A DNA stretch of 64,000 nt from Hemiscyllium ocellatum (lineage: Eukaryota). A program made the translations under genes and the position numbers. Position 1 is the stretch's first letter. Every line of letters begins with the position of its first letter. This document shows positions 12,400 to 26,059 of this stretch, in pieces. The notes under the pieces were generated by a model. It did not search any database. It had not been told where the DNA came from and worked only from the letters and a program-made list of their open reading frames with translations. Location: assembly GCF_020745735.1 (NCBI RefSeq), contig NC_083407.1, positions 89,333,857 through 89,397,856 on the forward strand. The letters run 5' to 3'.

Positions 12400-13030
12400 A
12401 TTTGTAAAATCCATACTTGATGCAGTCCAGATGTTTTGTTAAAATGTTGAAAATCAAATTTGGCTTCAAGTTTCTGGCATCAGTAATGGCATCAGATAAA
12501 AGTATGGGAATGGAAATTAAGCAATGGATTAGCTCAGTGATTGCAGTAATTGGAAAAAAGTACTGAGGAGAGTGATGTAGTTCGAAAGTACTGCTGAAAA
12601 TGAAGGAAAGAATTAGAAAACGTGAGACCAGCATTGTTAGATAAGGCAGAAACATCAAGAAGAGAGGAACAATGATTGCACAGTAATAAGATGTGGATAT
12701 TGAGGTGGATGTGAGGGATGACAAAGACGGACAAAAGCAGGGACCAATATATTGGGGAGACAGTGAAGATTGTGACAGCATCAAAGAAAGTAGCCGAGAA
12801 GAGAATGAAATGTTATGGTCGTCGGATGTGGATAGAGAAGACATATGAAGATAGGACTTCAAGAAATAAGGAGAAGAGGAAGGTTAAAGATTTGATGGAA
12901 GATTGTGGCTTGAAAGATGTAAATGCATTGGGATTGAAAGAAGAATGGATCACTGACAGAGCAAGGTGGAGAAGGGTCATTAACTAATCTCATGATCAAA
13001 AATAATATGGGGAAAGCTGAAAGAACAAGA
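12400..13030 (+). mobile_element. Decayed RTE-clade LINE 3' end
   Basis: KVAEKRMKCYGR...DRARWRRVIN resembles RTE ORF C-termini. Confidence 0.55.
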
Positions 13031-13451
13031 GGTGAACATCAAATTTAGATACTAGTCTGACCTATAGTGATTCTGATTTTCTATTTATTTAAATCAATAT
13101 AGTATGTGGAGCTTTGCACTATAACTAACTACTGAATTTTTTTTTTAAACGTGCAACGGTTGTGTTGAAAATTGATAGTAGCTGTTTTCCAGTATTTACT
13201 ATGAATCAGCTCAGTTGGTATTTCAAACTACCTGTCTTATGAACAGAAGTTATTTCATTGTTCACTTTAATGATATTCATTATGTCATTATCTCTGGCTA
13301 AAATATTGTTCATGAGACATACTCTGTACCCCAACTATTGTTTCCAAGAGATTTGAAAATGAACAAAGATATCAAAATGCATCAACAAAAATGCAATTTA
13401 TTATATTTCAGAATATTACAGCAAAAGAATTTTATTATTTTCTTCAACCAC

Positions 13452-15307
13452 CTAGAAATCCCTCATGCGCCTGAAAGATCCGATGGTTGAGCTGTAGCCT
13501 CCCCAGTCACTGTATCTCCTGTATTCACCAGGTCTCATGAAGTACTGTCGCCCTCTGTAGTTGGGATGTTCATAGAAGATCCAGTAGCCATCCATCACAT
13601 GGCAGGAGTGGATGTCACGGTAACGGAAACGATCGTAGACAGATGGACAGTCATCCATGAATTCCATCATCTGTCCTCCAAAGTCAGGCCTCTCGTAAAT
13701 CCTCATTCTGTAGGAGCCTCCTCGGTACTGGAATAGAAATGAGATTGTGTTAGTGATGAAGTTGTAAATATATATTTAGTGTCCATATATTTATTTATAG
13801 AAAAGGGTGGAATTTGATATTAAATAATTAATCAGATTTGTATAGATAAATAAAGCTAAAGCAGAAAAATAAATAGCAGTGCCCAATTCAACCGTTCCAT
13901 TTTAACCTGTGTACCATGCAGTGTATCACTATTATATTGTAAATGGTAAAGTGTTTGCACAAACTTGAGTAAAATTAATCTATTTTAGTTGTTGAACAGA
14001 ATTAAATTGTAGTTATTTTTATTCCTGCGATTGATGGATCGGTGTATATACCCCCAATGAGAGTCAAGTTCAAATGAACCATCCTCCCCCTACAAAAGGG
14101 ATTCCCTTAAAGATTCCTCCCATCCATCACATAAGAAGCTAGATATTAAAACAGACTCAGTGTATAACCTTTGAGTTTCTGTACCCTCATTACAATATTG
14201 AATCTGGTTGAGTACCTCACTGGGAAACTTTAACATATTTTGTAGATCTAGACAGGCAAATACTGAAGCTGTGGAAATCTCCAAGGTAATGGTTGCCTGA
14301 GTAGACATCCTGAATTGCTTCCATTAAACAAAACTCATGTGACCGTGTAAGAATTTCACAATTTTCATATTTCATTGGTAGCCTCAATGGCCTCTTCCCT
14401 TTGATGAAGGCTATTGGTTGCTGTAACATCTTAAAGCTTAAAAATGTTTGCTTGCTAACCATCCTTCAGTTCTCAAGTGGAGGTCAAGGTACAGTTCCTA
14501 GTGTTCACCTCTTTCCCGATTTATGTTAATGATTCCATTAAAGGTATGGGATGTGAACTTGTTGGCAAGGCTGGCAGTTATTGCCAAACCCAAATTGTCA
14601 TTGAAAAAATGGTGGAGAGCTATCTACCTTTCGTCTTGGTGGTACTACAGAAAACCTACCTGTATATCTTCACTATTTATAACACTAAGGACAAATAATC
14701 AGAGAAATTATGCTGGTACTAATGACAGGAAGCTACCACAGTCCCAAGAGCTGATGATAATGCGTAATTCCTTGTGCGTTATTAGTGCTGAACATATAAA
14801 CCACCCAATTATTACTTACATAAAGGTTTAGTGATATGGCCTAATGAAGAAAACACATACCTGCTTTTTCTTGATGTGATTGGCTATTTTTCATATATTA
14901 TTGTCACAAGATTCAACAATTACAGAATTATAACTTACCTGTGGGTAGGAGCGACATGACCTGACACAGTCATTGAATCCCATCCAGCGCTGGTAGTCAG
15001 GATACTCTCCCCTGGTCAGAACATACTGGTATCCCATGTAATTGGGTCTTTCATACAGCACCCACCAGTCACTGTCAACACGGATGGAGTTACAGCGGCT
15101 GAAGTAAGGGGACAGGTCGGCACAGTCACTGCTGCACTCATAGTGCCGTCCCTGGAAGTTCCTGTCCTCGTAAAAGATGATCTGTGGGAAAGAAACATCA
15201 ATTTCAGTCATTCACTTAAGAAATATAGATATTTAATGAATGATATAAAATTGAAATGCTTGATTATACAACCCAAAAACTGAAAAAAGTCATCTTGCCT
15301 TTCCCAT
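13452..15307 (-). CDS. cryg: Gamma-crystallin copy C, 175 aa; exons 15299-15307, 14939-15181, 13452-13727
   Basis: Same exon sizes, open frame. Intron 1 donor is GC (AAG|gcaaga), intron 2 is GT. AATAAA at 13397-13402. Confidence 0.93.
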
Positions 15308-15362
15308 TTTGAGCTCACAGTTAGCTTCGTAACTGAATCCCTCACTGTCCCACACAGCTTGG

Positions 15363-15444
15363 TATTTATAAACTGAACAGAAATGCTGCAATGGACTGTA
15401 CCTTTGTTATTCCAATGATTGAAGAGTAAAAATCAGCAATAAAA
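15363..15444 (-). promoter_or_regulatory. Gene C proximal promoter
   Basis: TATAAATA at 15363-15370; Sox-like ATAACAAAG; TTTTATTGCTGA ending at 15433. Confidence 0.65.
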
Positions 15445-16642
15445 GAAACAAAACACCTGACATGAGTTACAAATACATACCTGAAAGAAAATGATGTGTC
15501 ATGGATTTTTTTTAAATTTGTTTGCTCCTCATTTCCCTTGTACTCTAGTGGAGTGGGTTTGGGTTTTAGGGAGAAACTAAGTATGAAATCCTGTGTATCT
15601 CTGATAGTCTGGTTTGAATGCTCTTTTGACAATTGTGACTGTAAATCTGTATCTGACAATTGTTTCAGCAATTGCAATATAACAATATTAGACCTGATAG
15701 AGAACCTAAAGAATACCATTGGAATATCAGAACAGGTGTAGGCCATTCAGTCCATCAAAGCATCACTTCTCAACTGGAACCATGTCAATCAGATTCTGTC
15801 TGGCATTCAATGTCCAATGCAACTGAGCTCTATGATAGACAAGGAGAGTCTCCCAGCATAATTCCCCTGAGAGCAGATGGGGGTCTATAGAATAGACAGT
15901 GCTCCATTCCCCAGTTGGCAGTCAGACAGAACCCTTTGCTATGAGTGCCCCAAATGAACGAATGACAATGGACACACTCCTGCTCTGTGTGGGACTGTAC
16001 TTGTGATGGATGATTTGCTGTCCACTGACAGATCGTGGCTCACTCTATGATGATGCTGTAGACCAGGCTCCATCGACTTTTCAACATGGACACTTGGTCC
16101 AATGATCAGCCCTAAGATGCTGCCTTCTCCAGTCAGGGAGCAGGGAACCTGTCCCAGCATGCAATGTGTCCGTGCAGCAGCCTCTCAATGCTTGCTGTCA
16201 GTGCACGCGGCAATACAGGTCTGCAATACGCAAGCTGCAACTGGATTGGAGAAGTGTCATGACGATTGTTGGAAGCTGGAAAATGTCAGATGCTATTGTC
16301 TATAGATGAGGCATGCGTGTGGTTAGGATCCTGACCTGAGATGTGTTAGATGCTCAGCAACATGGAGACTCATCATAACCAGCTATGTGCCTGTTCTGAC
16401 TTCCATGTCAAGAGTTCTCAATGTCTAGTTTGTTTGCTGTGATTGTTAAGATAGGAAGCTGAATGTAAATGAGTTGAGTTGCAGTGTTATTGAGGGGTGG
16501 GATTTTTATAGGGATCCAAACAAAGGGTCTACGCTGAGAGTCATTGCAGAATCAGATGAGAATTCTGACAAGATGCACCTCAGCACTGGGAGAACCTTAC
16601 TGTATCTTTTACATTTCTGCCTGGGAATGAGGAGGGATTTAG

Positions 16643-16782
16643 TTATGATTTGGAGATGCCGGTGTTGGACTGGGGTGTATAAAGTTAAACATCACACAAC
16701 ACCAGGTTATAGTCCAACAGGTTTAATTGGAAGCATACTATCTTTCGGAGCGGTGCTCCTTCATCAGGTGATTGTGCTCAGT
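16643..16782 (-). mobile_element. Hammerhead element, family 2 (Penelope pLTR end), single arm
   Basis: cac-CTGATGA-aggagc-acc-gctcc-GAAA on the minus strand. gatttag duplicated (16636-16642, 16783-16789); empty site in the paralog near 28630. Confidence 0.8.
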
Positions 16783-17564
16783 GATTTAGCTAGGCAGCAG
16801 TGAATTACTGCTTTTGGTAAATGTGTCATTAACCTTGCAACCAGCCTGCATAATATCCAATTCATACCTTACAAGATATGCTAATCAAATTAAACATTGT
16901 GAACTTTTGATTTGGAAGTCAAAAGGGGTACCGACTGTGCACTTAGATGACAGATGAACCCCTGAATGATTTCTGTGCAGCCCACTAACTGATCTCTTCC
17001 TAATCCCCAGACTGGTTGAACCTGATGTGCAAGACTGAGTGAGACCCACTTCCCAGATTGTAAGGTCACAGATCCCCTGATCCTCACAGGTCACACCAAA
17101 CATGTGACTGAATGTAACCAATCCCTTGGACTGAGATCAGCAAAGGCCCTTGATTAACTGTGGCTGTACCCTTAAGTGACCAGAGACTCCTTTACAGGAA
17201 TAAGGACTACTCCCCTGAGACTTTGAGACAGGACTGTCTGTTTGCAGTGTGTTTTATGGCACATACTGTGGGTGTGACACTAACACAACACTGTATTGTA
17301 CCGTGATATGTCTGCCCCTTTTGATTGGTTGGAGCTGACAAATGTGACAAGTTGCTTGACTTTCTGTCTGTGCTACACAACAAAGCAAGACAGAACTACT
17401 GTGAGCTACAGGTAAGTTCTGATTAAAACTGGAATGTGCCAAAAGTTAAGGCAAGACATGCCAGAGATGCTGTGAGCATCCTAGTAATTACAAAGTGAGT
17501 GAGTGCTAAGAAAGCAAACTAAAAGCCCTGAGATACACCTCAATGGTTGCATGTTGACACAGCC

Positions 17565-17850
17565 TTAGAATTAGAGGGGGTCAATTCAGAACAGAAATGC
17601 GGAGACATTTCTTCAGCCACGGAACGGTGGGCCTGTGGAATTCATTGCCACAGAGTGCAGTGGAGGCTGGGACGCTAAATGTCTTCAAGGCAGAGATTGA
17701 TAAACTCTTGATGTCACAAGGAATTAAGGGCTACGGGGAGAATGCTGGTAAGTGGAGTTAAAATGCCCATCAGTCATGAATGAATGGCGGAGTGGACTCG
17801 ATGGGCTAAATGGCCTTACTTCCACTCCTATGTCTTATGGTCTTATGTTC
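17565..17850 (+). mobile_element. CR1 3'-end fragment
   Basis: FRTEMRRHFFSH..VGLWNSLP motif and cttatgg-type tail. Confidence 0.75.
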
Positions 17851-19614
17851 CTGCACACAGAATATTGCATGGCACAGCATTGCAATGTATCTATGAGCTA
17901 CAAATTGCACAGTACGCCACCTGACCTCCATTCTCGGTGAGTGTGAAACATGTCACGATTACCTGGTGAGTTTGATGTTTTACTGACTCCAACCTTGGTG
18001 AATGGAGGGTGGAAATGATCATTGCCCATGATCTGTGCCCTGAAGTGTTGGGGAAAGCTGACCAAAATAGAAACCTGAAGAAGATGCTGGTGAGCTGCAA
18101 CCAACAAGTGCCTGCCCTGACTGTCATGTTGGGAACTTGCACCATCCAATTTCTCTTGATACCTGGAAGATTAACGACCCCCATTAAAATGAGGCATGAT
18201 GAGGTAATAATGAGGTGGGAAAGTTAAACGCCACAACATTGTACAAAACAAGGATAAAGAAGAAGAAAGTGAAAGGTGAGGGTTAATGTGTAAATAATGT
18301 TAAAATGAACAGTTAGAGCCTCTTTAAATATATAAATAGGAAGAAAAAGGTAACAATGAACAAAGGCCTCTTCGAGAAAGAGGCTGGGGAAATAATAATG
18401 GGAATCAGGAAACAGGCTGCAGATGTTGTTGTCCTGCTCCAATTGTTTTGCACTTGTATCCGTCTTCCAGACATATGTCGATGATGCAATCTTTAGTCTC
18501 ATTCAGGAGTACCTTTCAGAAAGGTTGGGTGGGTGTCGAGCCAATTGGGCAATTCCATCAACCTTTTAGCTAACATCAATAAAATCATATTTCTGACCTT
18601 CACATTGACATCTGCCCATGAACTAATTAAAATATTGTCACCTGCTGCATTAGGAGCTCAGCCTGGTTATCCTGAAGCTGACTCTAATCTTAAGCTAGTT
18701 TTCTAAAAATCGAACAATTTTGTTAACATCTTTATCAGTGTCATAGAAATATCAGATAGTTTGATTATTCACAATCCTTTGGCTCCCAGCTCAGTAAGAA
18801 GTTTCACTGTCTGCCTTCCCTCATGAAGTATCTGTTGATCAATGAAGTGAGGGCTCATTTTCTCTTTGAAAACTGAAGTGCCCTTCAGATGTTCAGATGT
18901 TTTCTTTGAAGCCTTAGTGGGCTGCTGTTTTACAAATTATAAGCAAATAAGGGATCGGTGTTGTGGTATAATTTATTTTTATTTTTCTCCTCTTATTTCT
19001 CTCCTTGCTGCTGCTTCAGAAATTGTTACTTTTGAAAAAATGTTGTCTCTTTAAAAAGGAATAGAGGAGCAGTATCTGTGTGTGGTATTCTCATGAAAAA
19101 TATATTGGAGAGGTGGCACACACAACTGGGAAACCTCAGATTCTGTTTTCATTCCACTCCCAAAGGAATTGGAATGATGGAATCAATTCTTTGTGAACCA
19201 TTAATGGGTTTTTTTTTCTATGCTATGCTATCTATTTTATTCAATGATTACATTTTTGAGACAGAGCTGTCCTGCAAATTGCTGCTTTTTAAATTGGTCA
19301 CACCATGCCTTCCCATTTACCCCTAAGAGTTGGGGAGAGCACTCACAACTGTCTTTACATTGTAATTGATTTGCTTTTGCACAGGGTAACCTTCAGTCTT
19401 GGTCATTAAATGCAAGCTTCAGCTATAAATTCAAACATATGATGGGGAAGACTGTTTGGAAAATAACCTTTCAGAACTGTTGCTACTGTTATCTTCCTTC
19501 AGCCTTCAGTACCAAGTTGCCACTAGTTTGTTTTGCCTGATTGCAGTCACAAGCATCCAGTAACCACTTGCTGCACCATGTGGAATTGTGGTTTTCTAAA
19601 TGTTAGCCTCCTTA

Positions 19615-20300
19615 AATAGAGTCATAGAATCATGGAGTCATACAGCATGGAAACAGACCCTTTGGTCCAATCAGTCCATGTCAAAAAAAAATCGCAATCT
19701 AAAGTAGCTTTACCTGCCTGATCCTGGCCCATGTCCCTACAAACCTTTCCTATTCCTGTATCCATCCACATATCTTTTAGACATTGTAATTTTACTCACA
19801 TCCACCACTTCCTGAAGGAGTTCATTCCACACGCTAACCACCCTCGGTGTAAAAACATTGCCTCTTATGTCTTTTCTAAATCTGCCTCCTCTCACCTTAA
19901 AAATGTAGCCCCTCATCTTGAAATTTTCCATTTTAGGGAAAAGACAATTACCATCAACTCTATCTACATCTGTAATTATTTTATAAATTCCTAATTGGTC
20001 ACCTCTCAACCTCCTACACTTCAGTGAAAAAAACTCCCAACCTATCCAGACTTTCTTTCTAACCAAATCTTCCATAGCTAGCAACATCCTGGTAATGTTT
20101 TTCTGAGCCCTTGTCAGCTTGATGATATACTTCCTTTAGCTGGGTGACCAGAACTGAACACAGTATTCCAGAAGAGGCCTCATCAATGTCCTGTACAACC
20201 TCAACATGACTTCCCAACTCCTATGCTCAAAGGACTGAGCAATGAGGGCAAGTGTGCCAAGTGCCTTTTTAACCACCCTGTCCATATGTATCACAAACTT
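19615..20300 (-). mobile_element. CR1 3' fragment
   Basis: ORF 19737-20087 (RRLRGD..IYKII..RVVSVWNEL); catagaat tail. Confidence 0.8.
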
Positions 20301-20479
20301 TACACAGAGAGTTGGAATCTTATTGAGACAAATATCTGAAAGTTTAGTATCAACTAACTATGTAGACTAATGTGACATATCAAATTTATGCAATTGTCTA
20401 GGTGCTATTATTATTTACATTACTGTATTATTACATATGTAGTTGTCTAGCTAACTAAAATACTGGCTGGCAACTTGCT

Positions 20480-21410
20480 AAATGATAAATGGATGATTGG
20501 TTACAATGATCTGATTGAACAGGATCAGCATATATTTACAAATGGAAAATTGTGTTTGACCAACTTGTTGGAGTTTTTCTTTTGAGGATGTTGCTACAAG
20601 AGTTGATAAAAGGGAGTCAATGAATATAGGTTATTTGTATTTTCCGAAGGCCACTGATGAGGTCTCCCACAGAAGGTTGGTTGGAAATATTAAAGTCCAT
20701 GGTAAAGGTGGTAATATACTGGCATTGATTTAGGATTGGTTAACAGGAAGAAAATAGAAGGTAGAAATAAATGGATCACTCTGGCATTGACAGACTGTAA
20801 ATAGAGGGGTACAACAAGGATCAGTACTTTGGCCCTCACAATATATATAAATGATTTTGACATAGGGAACAAAGGCAATATATCCAGAATTGAAGTTGAT
20901 ACAAAGCTAAGCAGGAATGTATGTTGTGAGGAGAGTATGAAATGTTTTCATGAGGTCTTGGACAGGGTTACAAAGTGGGAAAGAACAAGGCAGATGGAAC
21001 ATAATGTGGGAATGTTGAAAAATATGAGATTATCCACTCTTGCAGGAACAACAGATGTACAAAGTATTCCTTAAATGGTCAGAAGTTGGAAAATTTAGAT
21101 GTGTCAAAGGAGTTAGGTGCCTTGTCAATAGGTCAATGAAGGTTAACATGCAGATGCAGCAAGTTATTGGAAAGGCTAATGGAATGCTAAATTTCATCAC
21201 AAAAGGATTTGAGTACAAGAGGAGTGAAGGCCTGTTTCAATTGTTTAGGGACCTAGTAAGACCACTTCTGGAATACCATGTGCAGCTTTAGTCTCCATAT
21301 CTCAGGACAGATACGATTGCTGAACATGGAGTGTAATTAAGGTTCACTCAATCTGTTTCCAGGGTAACAGGACTACCCCATGAAGAGATACTGAGCAAAT
21401 TGGACTTGTA
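20480..21410 (+). mobile_element. Decayed CR1 RT fragment
   Basis: TIYINDFD..DTKL and LVRPLLEY motifs with many frameshifts. Confidence 0.75.
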
Positions 21411-21738
21411 TTGAGAAGGCCACAGATTTGTTAGAAGCTTGTAGCCTGAAGTATATAAATAAGTGAGATTAAAAAAATGGTCAACTGACAGGACAAAATG
21501 GAAAAGGGTCATGAAATAATCTTGTTGCGATCAAAACTAAAATGGAAGCTAAAAGCACAAGAGATGAACACCAAATTTAGAAACCATTATGATTGTCTAG
21601 TTATTTAAATCAATATAATATGCTATGTGGAGCTTTCCACTGTAAATAAATACTAAATTTTTTTTTAAAGTGCAAAGGTTCAGTTGAAAATAGAAATTTA
21701 TTCGTGAGAAAGAAACTCAGCTGGTATGCGACTACCTA

Positions 21739-21870
21739 GGAGATAGTGAGGACTGCAGATCCTGGAGAAGTCTGAGTTGGTAAAGTGTGGCACTGGAAAA
21801 AACACAGCAGATCAGGCAGCATCTGAAAAGCAAGAGCGTTGGCATTTCAGACTTAACCCTTCGTCAGGAC
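21739..21870 (-). mobile_element. Hammerhead element, family 1, single decayed arm
   Basis: Homologous to the 10113-10235 arm; absent at the paralogous site downstream of gene C (near 13230). Confidence 0.7.
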
Positions 21871-22089
21871 TGGTTGTCATGAACTGAAGTTATTCAATTG
21901 TTCACTTTAATTTCATTACATTGTTATCTCCAGCTAAAATGTCATGCTTGAGACACCCATTCTGCCAAACATAATTGTTTCCAAGAGATTTTTAAATGAA
22001 CAAAGATACCCAAATGAATGACAAAAAATGCAGTTTATTATATATCTGAATATTTCAGCAAAAAGAATTTTATTCTTTCCAACAACAAT

Positions 22090-25000
22090 CTAGAAATCTC
22101 TCATTCGCCTGAAAGATCCTACAGTTGAGCTGTAGCCTCCCCAGTCACTGTATCTCCTGTATTCACCAGGCCTCATGAAGTACTGGCGCCCTCTGTAGTT
22201 GGGATGTTCATAGAAGATCCAGTAACCGTCCATCACATGGCAGGAGTGGATATCACGGTAACGGAAACGATCGTAGACAGATGGACAGTCATCCATAAAT
22301 TCCATCATCTGCCCTCCAAAGTCAGGCCTCTCATAAATCCTCATTCTGTAGGAGCCTCCTCGGTACTGGAAGAGAAAGGAAATTATGTTAGTGATGAAGT
22401 TGTAAATATATTTTCAGTGTCTATGTAGTTATTAATGGAAAATTCAGGAATTTGGAAATAAATAATTATTCATGGAAATTTTTATGGATAAATAAGAATA
22501 AAGCAAAAAAAATGTAGCTGTACCTGATTCATTTTAACCTAAATACTGCCATTCATTTTACCATCATTATATTGTAAATGGTAATGTTTTTGCACAATTT
22601 TGAATCTAATTATCCTACTTTAGTTCTTGAACTGCGCAAAATTGTAGTTATTTTTATTCCTGGGACTGATTGATGGCTGTACTCACAAACGTCCAGAGAG
22701 AGTGAAGGTCAAACCTTCCTACCATACCCCTCCCCCTTCAGATTCCTTTACACAAGCCTCCCATCCATCGCCACAAAGAACAAAAAAGTTATAGCACAGA
22801 AACAAGCCCTTGGGTCCTCCAAGCCTGTGCTGATCGTGATCCTCAATCTAAACCTGTCACCTACCCTCCAAGGATCTGTATCACTCTGCTCCCTACCCAT
22901 TTACATATCTGTCTAGATACATCTTATATGACGCTATCGCGCCACCTCTGCTGGCAATGTGTTCCAGGTACCCATCACACTCTTTATAAAGAACTTTCCA
23001 CACATATCTCCCTTTAAACCTTTCCCCTCTCACATTGAACTCATGACTCCTATTAATTGAGGCCTCCACTCTGGGAAAAAGCTTTTTGTTATCCATCCTG
23101 TCGATACCTCACATGATTAAGTAGACTCAGCCAGGTCCCCTCTCAACCTCCGTCTTTCTCATGTAAATAATCTTCATCGTCCCAATCTCTCCTCACAGCT
23201 AGCACCCTCAATACCAGGCAACATCCTGGTGAACCTCTTCTGTACCCTCTCCAAAGCATCGACATCCTTCTGGTAATGTGGTGACCAGAACTGAATATAT
23301 AAACAGACTGTGCGGATAGTTTTTGAGTTTCTGTACCCTCATTACAACAGTGAATCTGGCAAGGTATCTCACAGGAAACATTAACATTTATTGTAGTTCT
23401 AGACAGGCGAAGACTGAAGCTGTGAAAATCTCCAAGGTAATGGCTCTCCGGGTAAGCATCCTGAATTACTTCCATTAAACAAAGCTCATGTGACCAAGTA
23501 AGAATTTCACAATTTATACTTCACTGGTAGCCTAAAGGGCCTCTTCCCCTAGCTGAAGGCTATTGGTTGCAGTAACATCTCGAAGCTTAAGAATATCTAC
23601 TTGCTGACCAGCTGCCTACTCTCAACTAGATCTCAAAGCATACCTCCTAGTGTTCACCTCTATCTCAATTATATCAATGATTTCCTTACAGGCATGGGAT
23701 GTGAATTGTTGGCAAGGCTGGCAGTTATTGCCAATCCCTAATTGTCATTGAGAACATGTTAGAGAGTTATCTATCTTTCATCTTGGTGGTACTACAGAAA
23801 GGAGAAAGTGAGGACTGCAGATGCTGGAGATCAGAGCTGAAAATGTGTTGCTGGAAAAGCACAGCAGGTCAGGCAGCATCCAAGGTGCAGGGGAATCAAC
23901 GTTTCGGGCATGAGTCCTTCTTCAGGAATTCAAGGTTCCTGAAGAAGGGTTCATGCCAGAAACATCAATTCGCGGTACTACAGCAAGCCTACCTATATAT
24001 CTTCACTATTATAACAGCTGGAACAACTAATCATCACAAATATGCAGGTACAAATGACAGGAATGTTTTCAATACATTGGAAGTTATCATAGTCCCTGCA
24101 GCAGACTATAGTGCTTAATTCCTTGTGCATTATTAGTGCTAAATATAGAAACCACCCAATTATTAATTACATATAGGTTTAGTGATATACCTAATTAAGA
24201 GAACACATACATGCTTGTTATTGATGTTATTGGGTATTTTCCACAATTACTGGCCAAGATTCAGCAATCACAGAATTATAACTTGCCTGTGGGTAAGAGC
24301 GACATGACCTGACACAGTCATTGAATCCCATCCAGCGCTGGTAGTCAGGATACTCTCCCCTGGTCAGAACATACTGGTATCCCATGTAATTGGGTCTCTC
24401 ATACAGCACCCACCAGTCACTGTCAACACGGATGGAGTTACAGCGGCTGAAGTAAGGGGACAGGTCGGCACAGTCACTGCTGCACTCATAGTGCCGTCCC
24501 TGGAAGTTCCTGTCCTCGTAAAAGATGATCTGTGAGAGAAGAAACATCCTTTTCAGTCATTCATTTAGAAAATGAGGATATTTAGTCATAGAATCATAGA
24601 ACTGTACAGATCCTTTGTTCAAAGTTGTCCATGCCAACCAGATATCCTAAATTAATCTCGTCCCATTTGCCACTATTTGGCCCAAATCCCTTTAAACCCG
24701 AATGCCTTTTAAATGCTGTAATTGTACCAGTCACCACCACATCATCTGGCAGCTCATTCCATGCACATAGCACCCTCTGCGTGAATAAGTTGCTCTTAGG
24801 TGTCTTTTAAATCTTTCCCCTCTCACTCTAAACCTTTGCCCTCGAGGTTTACATTCCCCAATCCTTTACTATTAACCCTATCTGTGCCCCTCATGATTTT
24901 ATAAACTTCTGAAAGGTCACCCCTCAGCCTTCGATGCTCCAGGTAAAATAACCCCAGCCTGTTCACCCTCTCCATCCAGCTCAAATCCTTTCAACCCCGA

Positions 25001-25282
25001 CAACATGCTTGTAAATTCTTTTTGAACCTTTCCAAGTTTTAGGGAGACCAGATTTGCATGCAGTATTCCAAAGTATTCTGAACAATGTTTTGTACAGTCG
25101 CAACATAACCTTCCAACTCCTGTACTCAACACACTGACTAATAAATGCAAGCATAGCAACACCCTCTTCACTCTCCTATCTATCGCCTCCACTTTCAAGG
25201 AACTATTTATTGAATGATTCTAAAATTGACATGCACGACGATACAATGCAAAAACTGAAAAAAGTTATCTTGCCTTTCCCAT
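22090..25282 (-). CDS. cryg: Gamma-crystallin copy D, 175 aa; exons 25274-25282, 24287-24529, 22090-22365
   Basis: Open frame. Both donors are GC (AAG|gcaaga, CAG|gcaagt). Introns and flanks paralogous to C with extra TE insertions. AATAAA at 22034-22039. Confidence 0.9.
22775..23292 (-). mobile_element. CR1 3' fragment in gene D intron 2
   Basis: CR1 ORF2 C-terminal sequence; absent from C intron 2 (near 14130). Confidence 0.8.
23801..23973 (-). mobile_element. Fold-back hammerhead element, family 1 (short second arm), in gene D intron 2
   Basis: TSD ggtactacag at 23788-23797 and 23974-23983; single copy at the empty paralogous site 14641-14650. Confidence 0.88.
24584..25205 (-). mobile_element. 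CR1 3' fragment in gene D intron 1
   Basis: catagaat tail and CR1 ORF2 end; absent from C intron 1. Confidence 0.8.
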
Positions 25283-25337
25283 TTTGAGCTCACAGTTAGC
25301 TTCGTAACTGAATGCCTCACTGTCTCACACAGCTTGG

Positions 25338-25415
25338 TATTTATAAGCTGAACAGAAATGCTGCAATGGACTGTACCTTTGTTATTCTAATGATTGAATA
25401 GTAAAAATCAGCGAT
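25338..25415 (-). promoter_or_regulatory. Gene D proximal promoter
   Basis: TATAAATA at 25338-25345; half-MARE altered to CGCTGA (25408-25413). Confidence 0.6.
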
Positions 25416-25511
25416 AACAGAAACAAAACGCCTCACATGAGTTATAAATATGCACCTGAAAGACAATGATGTGTCATTGATTCTTTTGAATTTGCTTGTC
25501 TTTTTTAATAT

Positions 25512-25870
25512 ATAGAATCCCTACAATTCAAAAACATAGTATTGGGCTCATAGTATTCCCACCATCCCTCCAAAGAACATCTCACCTGCTCCCCCCTCCC
25601 CCACCCTAACTTTGTTACCTCACATTTCCCCATGGATAACCCACCGAGCCTGCAAATACCTGGACATTGCAGGGCACTGTAATCATAGCCAATCTACCTG
25701 ACATGGACATCTTTGAACAGTGGGAGGAAAGCTGACCATCCAGAGGAATCCCATACAGACATGGGGAGGCTATGCAAACTGCATGCAGACGATCACCTGA
25801 GGGTGGAATAGAACCCAGATTTCTGGAGCTGTGAGGCAGCAATGCTAACTATTGAGCCCCTGTGCTGCCC
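25512..25870 (-). mobile_element. HE1-type SINE, decayed, upstream of gene D
   Basis: tRNA-like head ending gggcagcac at 25870; absent upstream of C. Confidence 0.75.
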
Positions 25871-26059
25871 TGTGTTTTGTACTCTGGTGGAGTGGATTTG
25901 GGATTTAGGGAGAAACTAAGAATGAAATTCAACATTCCACCTAACATCTGGTTTAAATGCTCTTTTGACAATTATGAGTGTAAATCGATTCCTGACATTT
26001 GTTTCAGCAATTGCATTATAAAAACACAGACCTGATATAGAACTGAGGAAAAGCTATCA

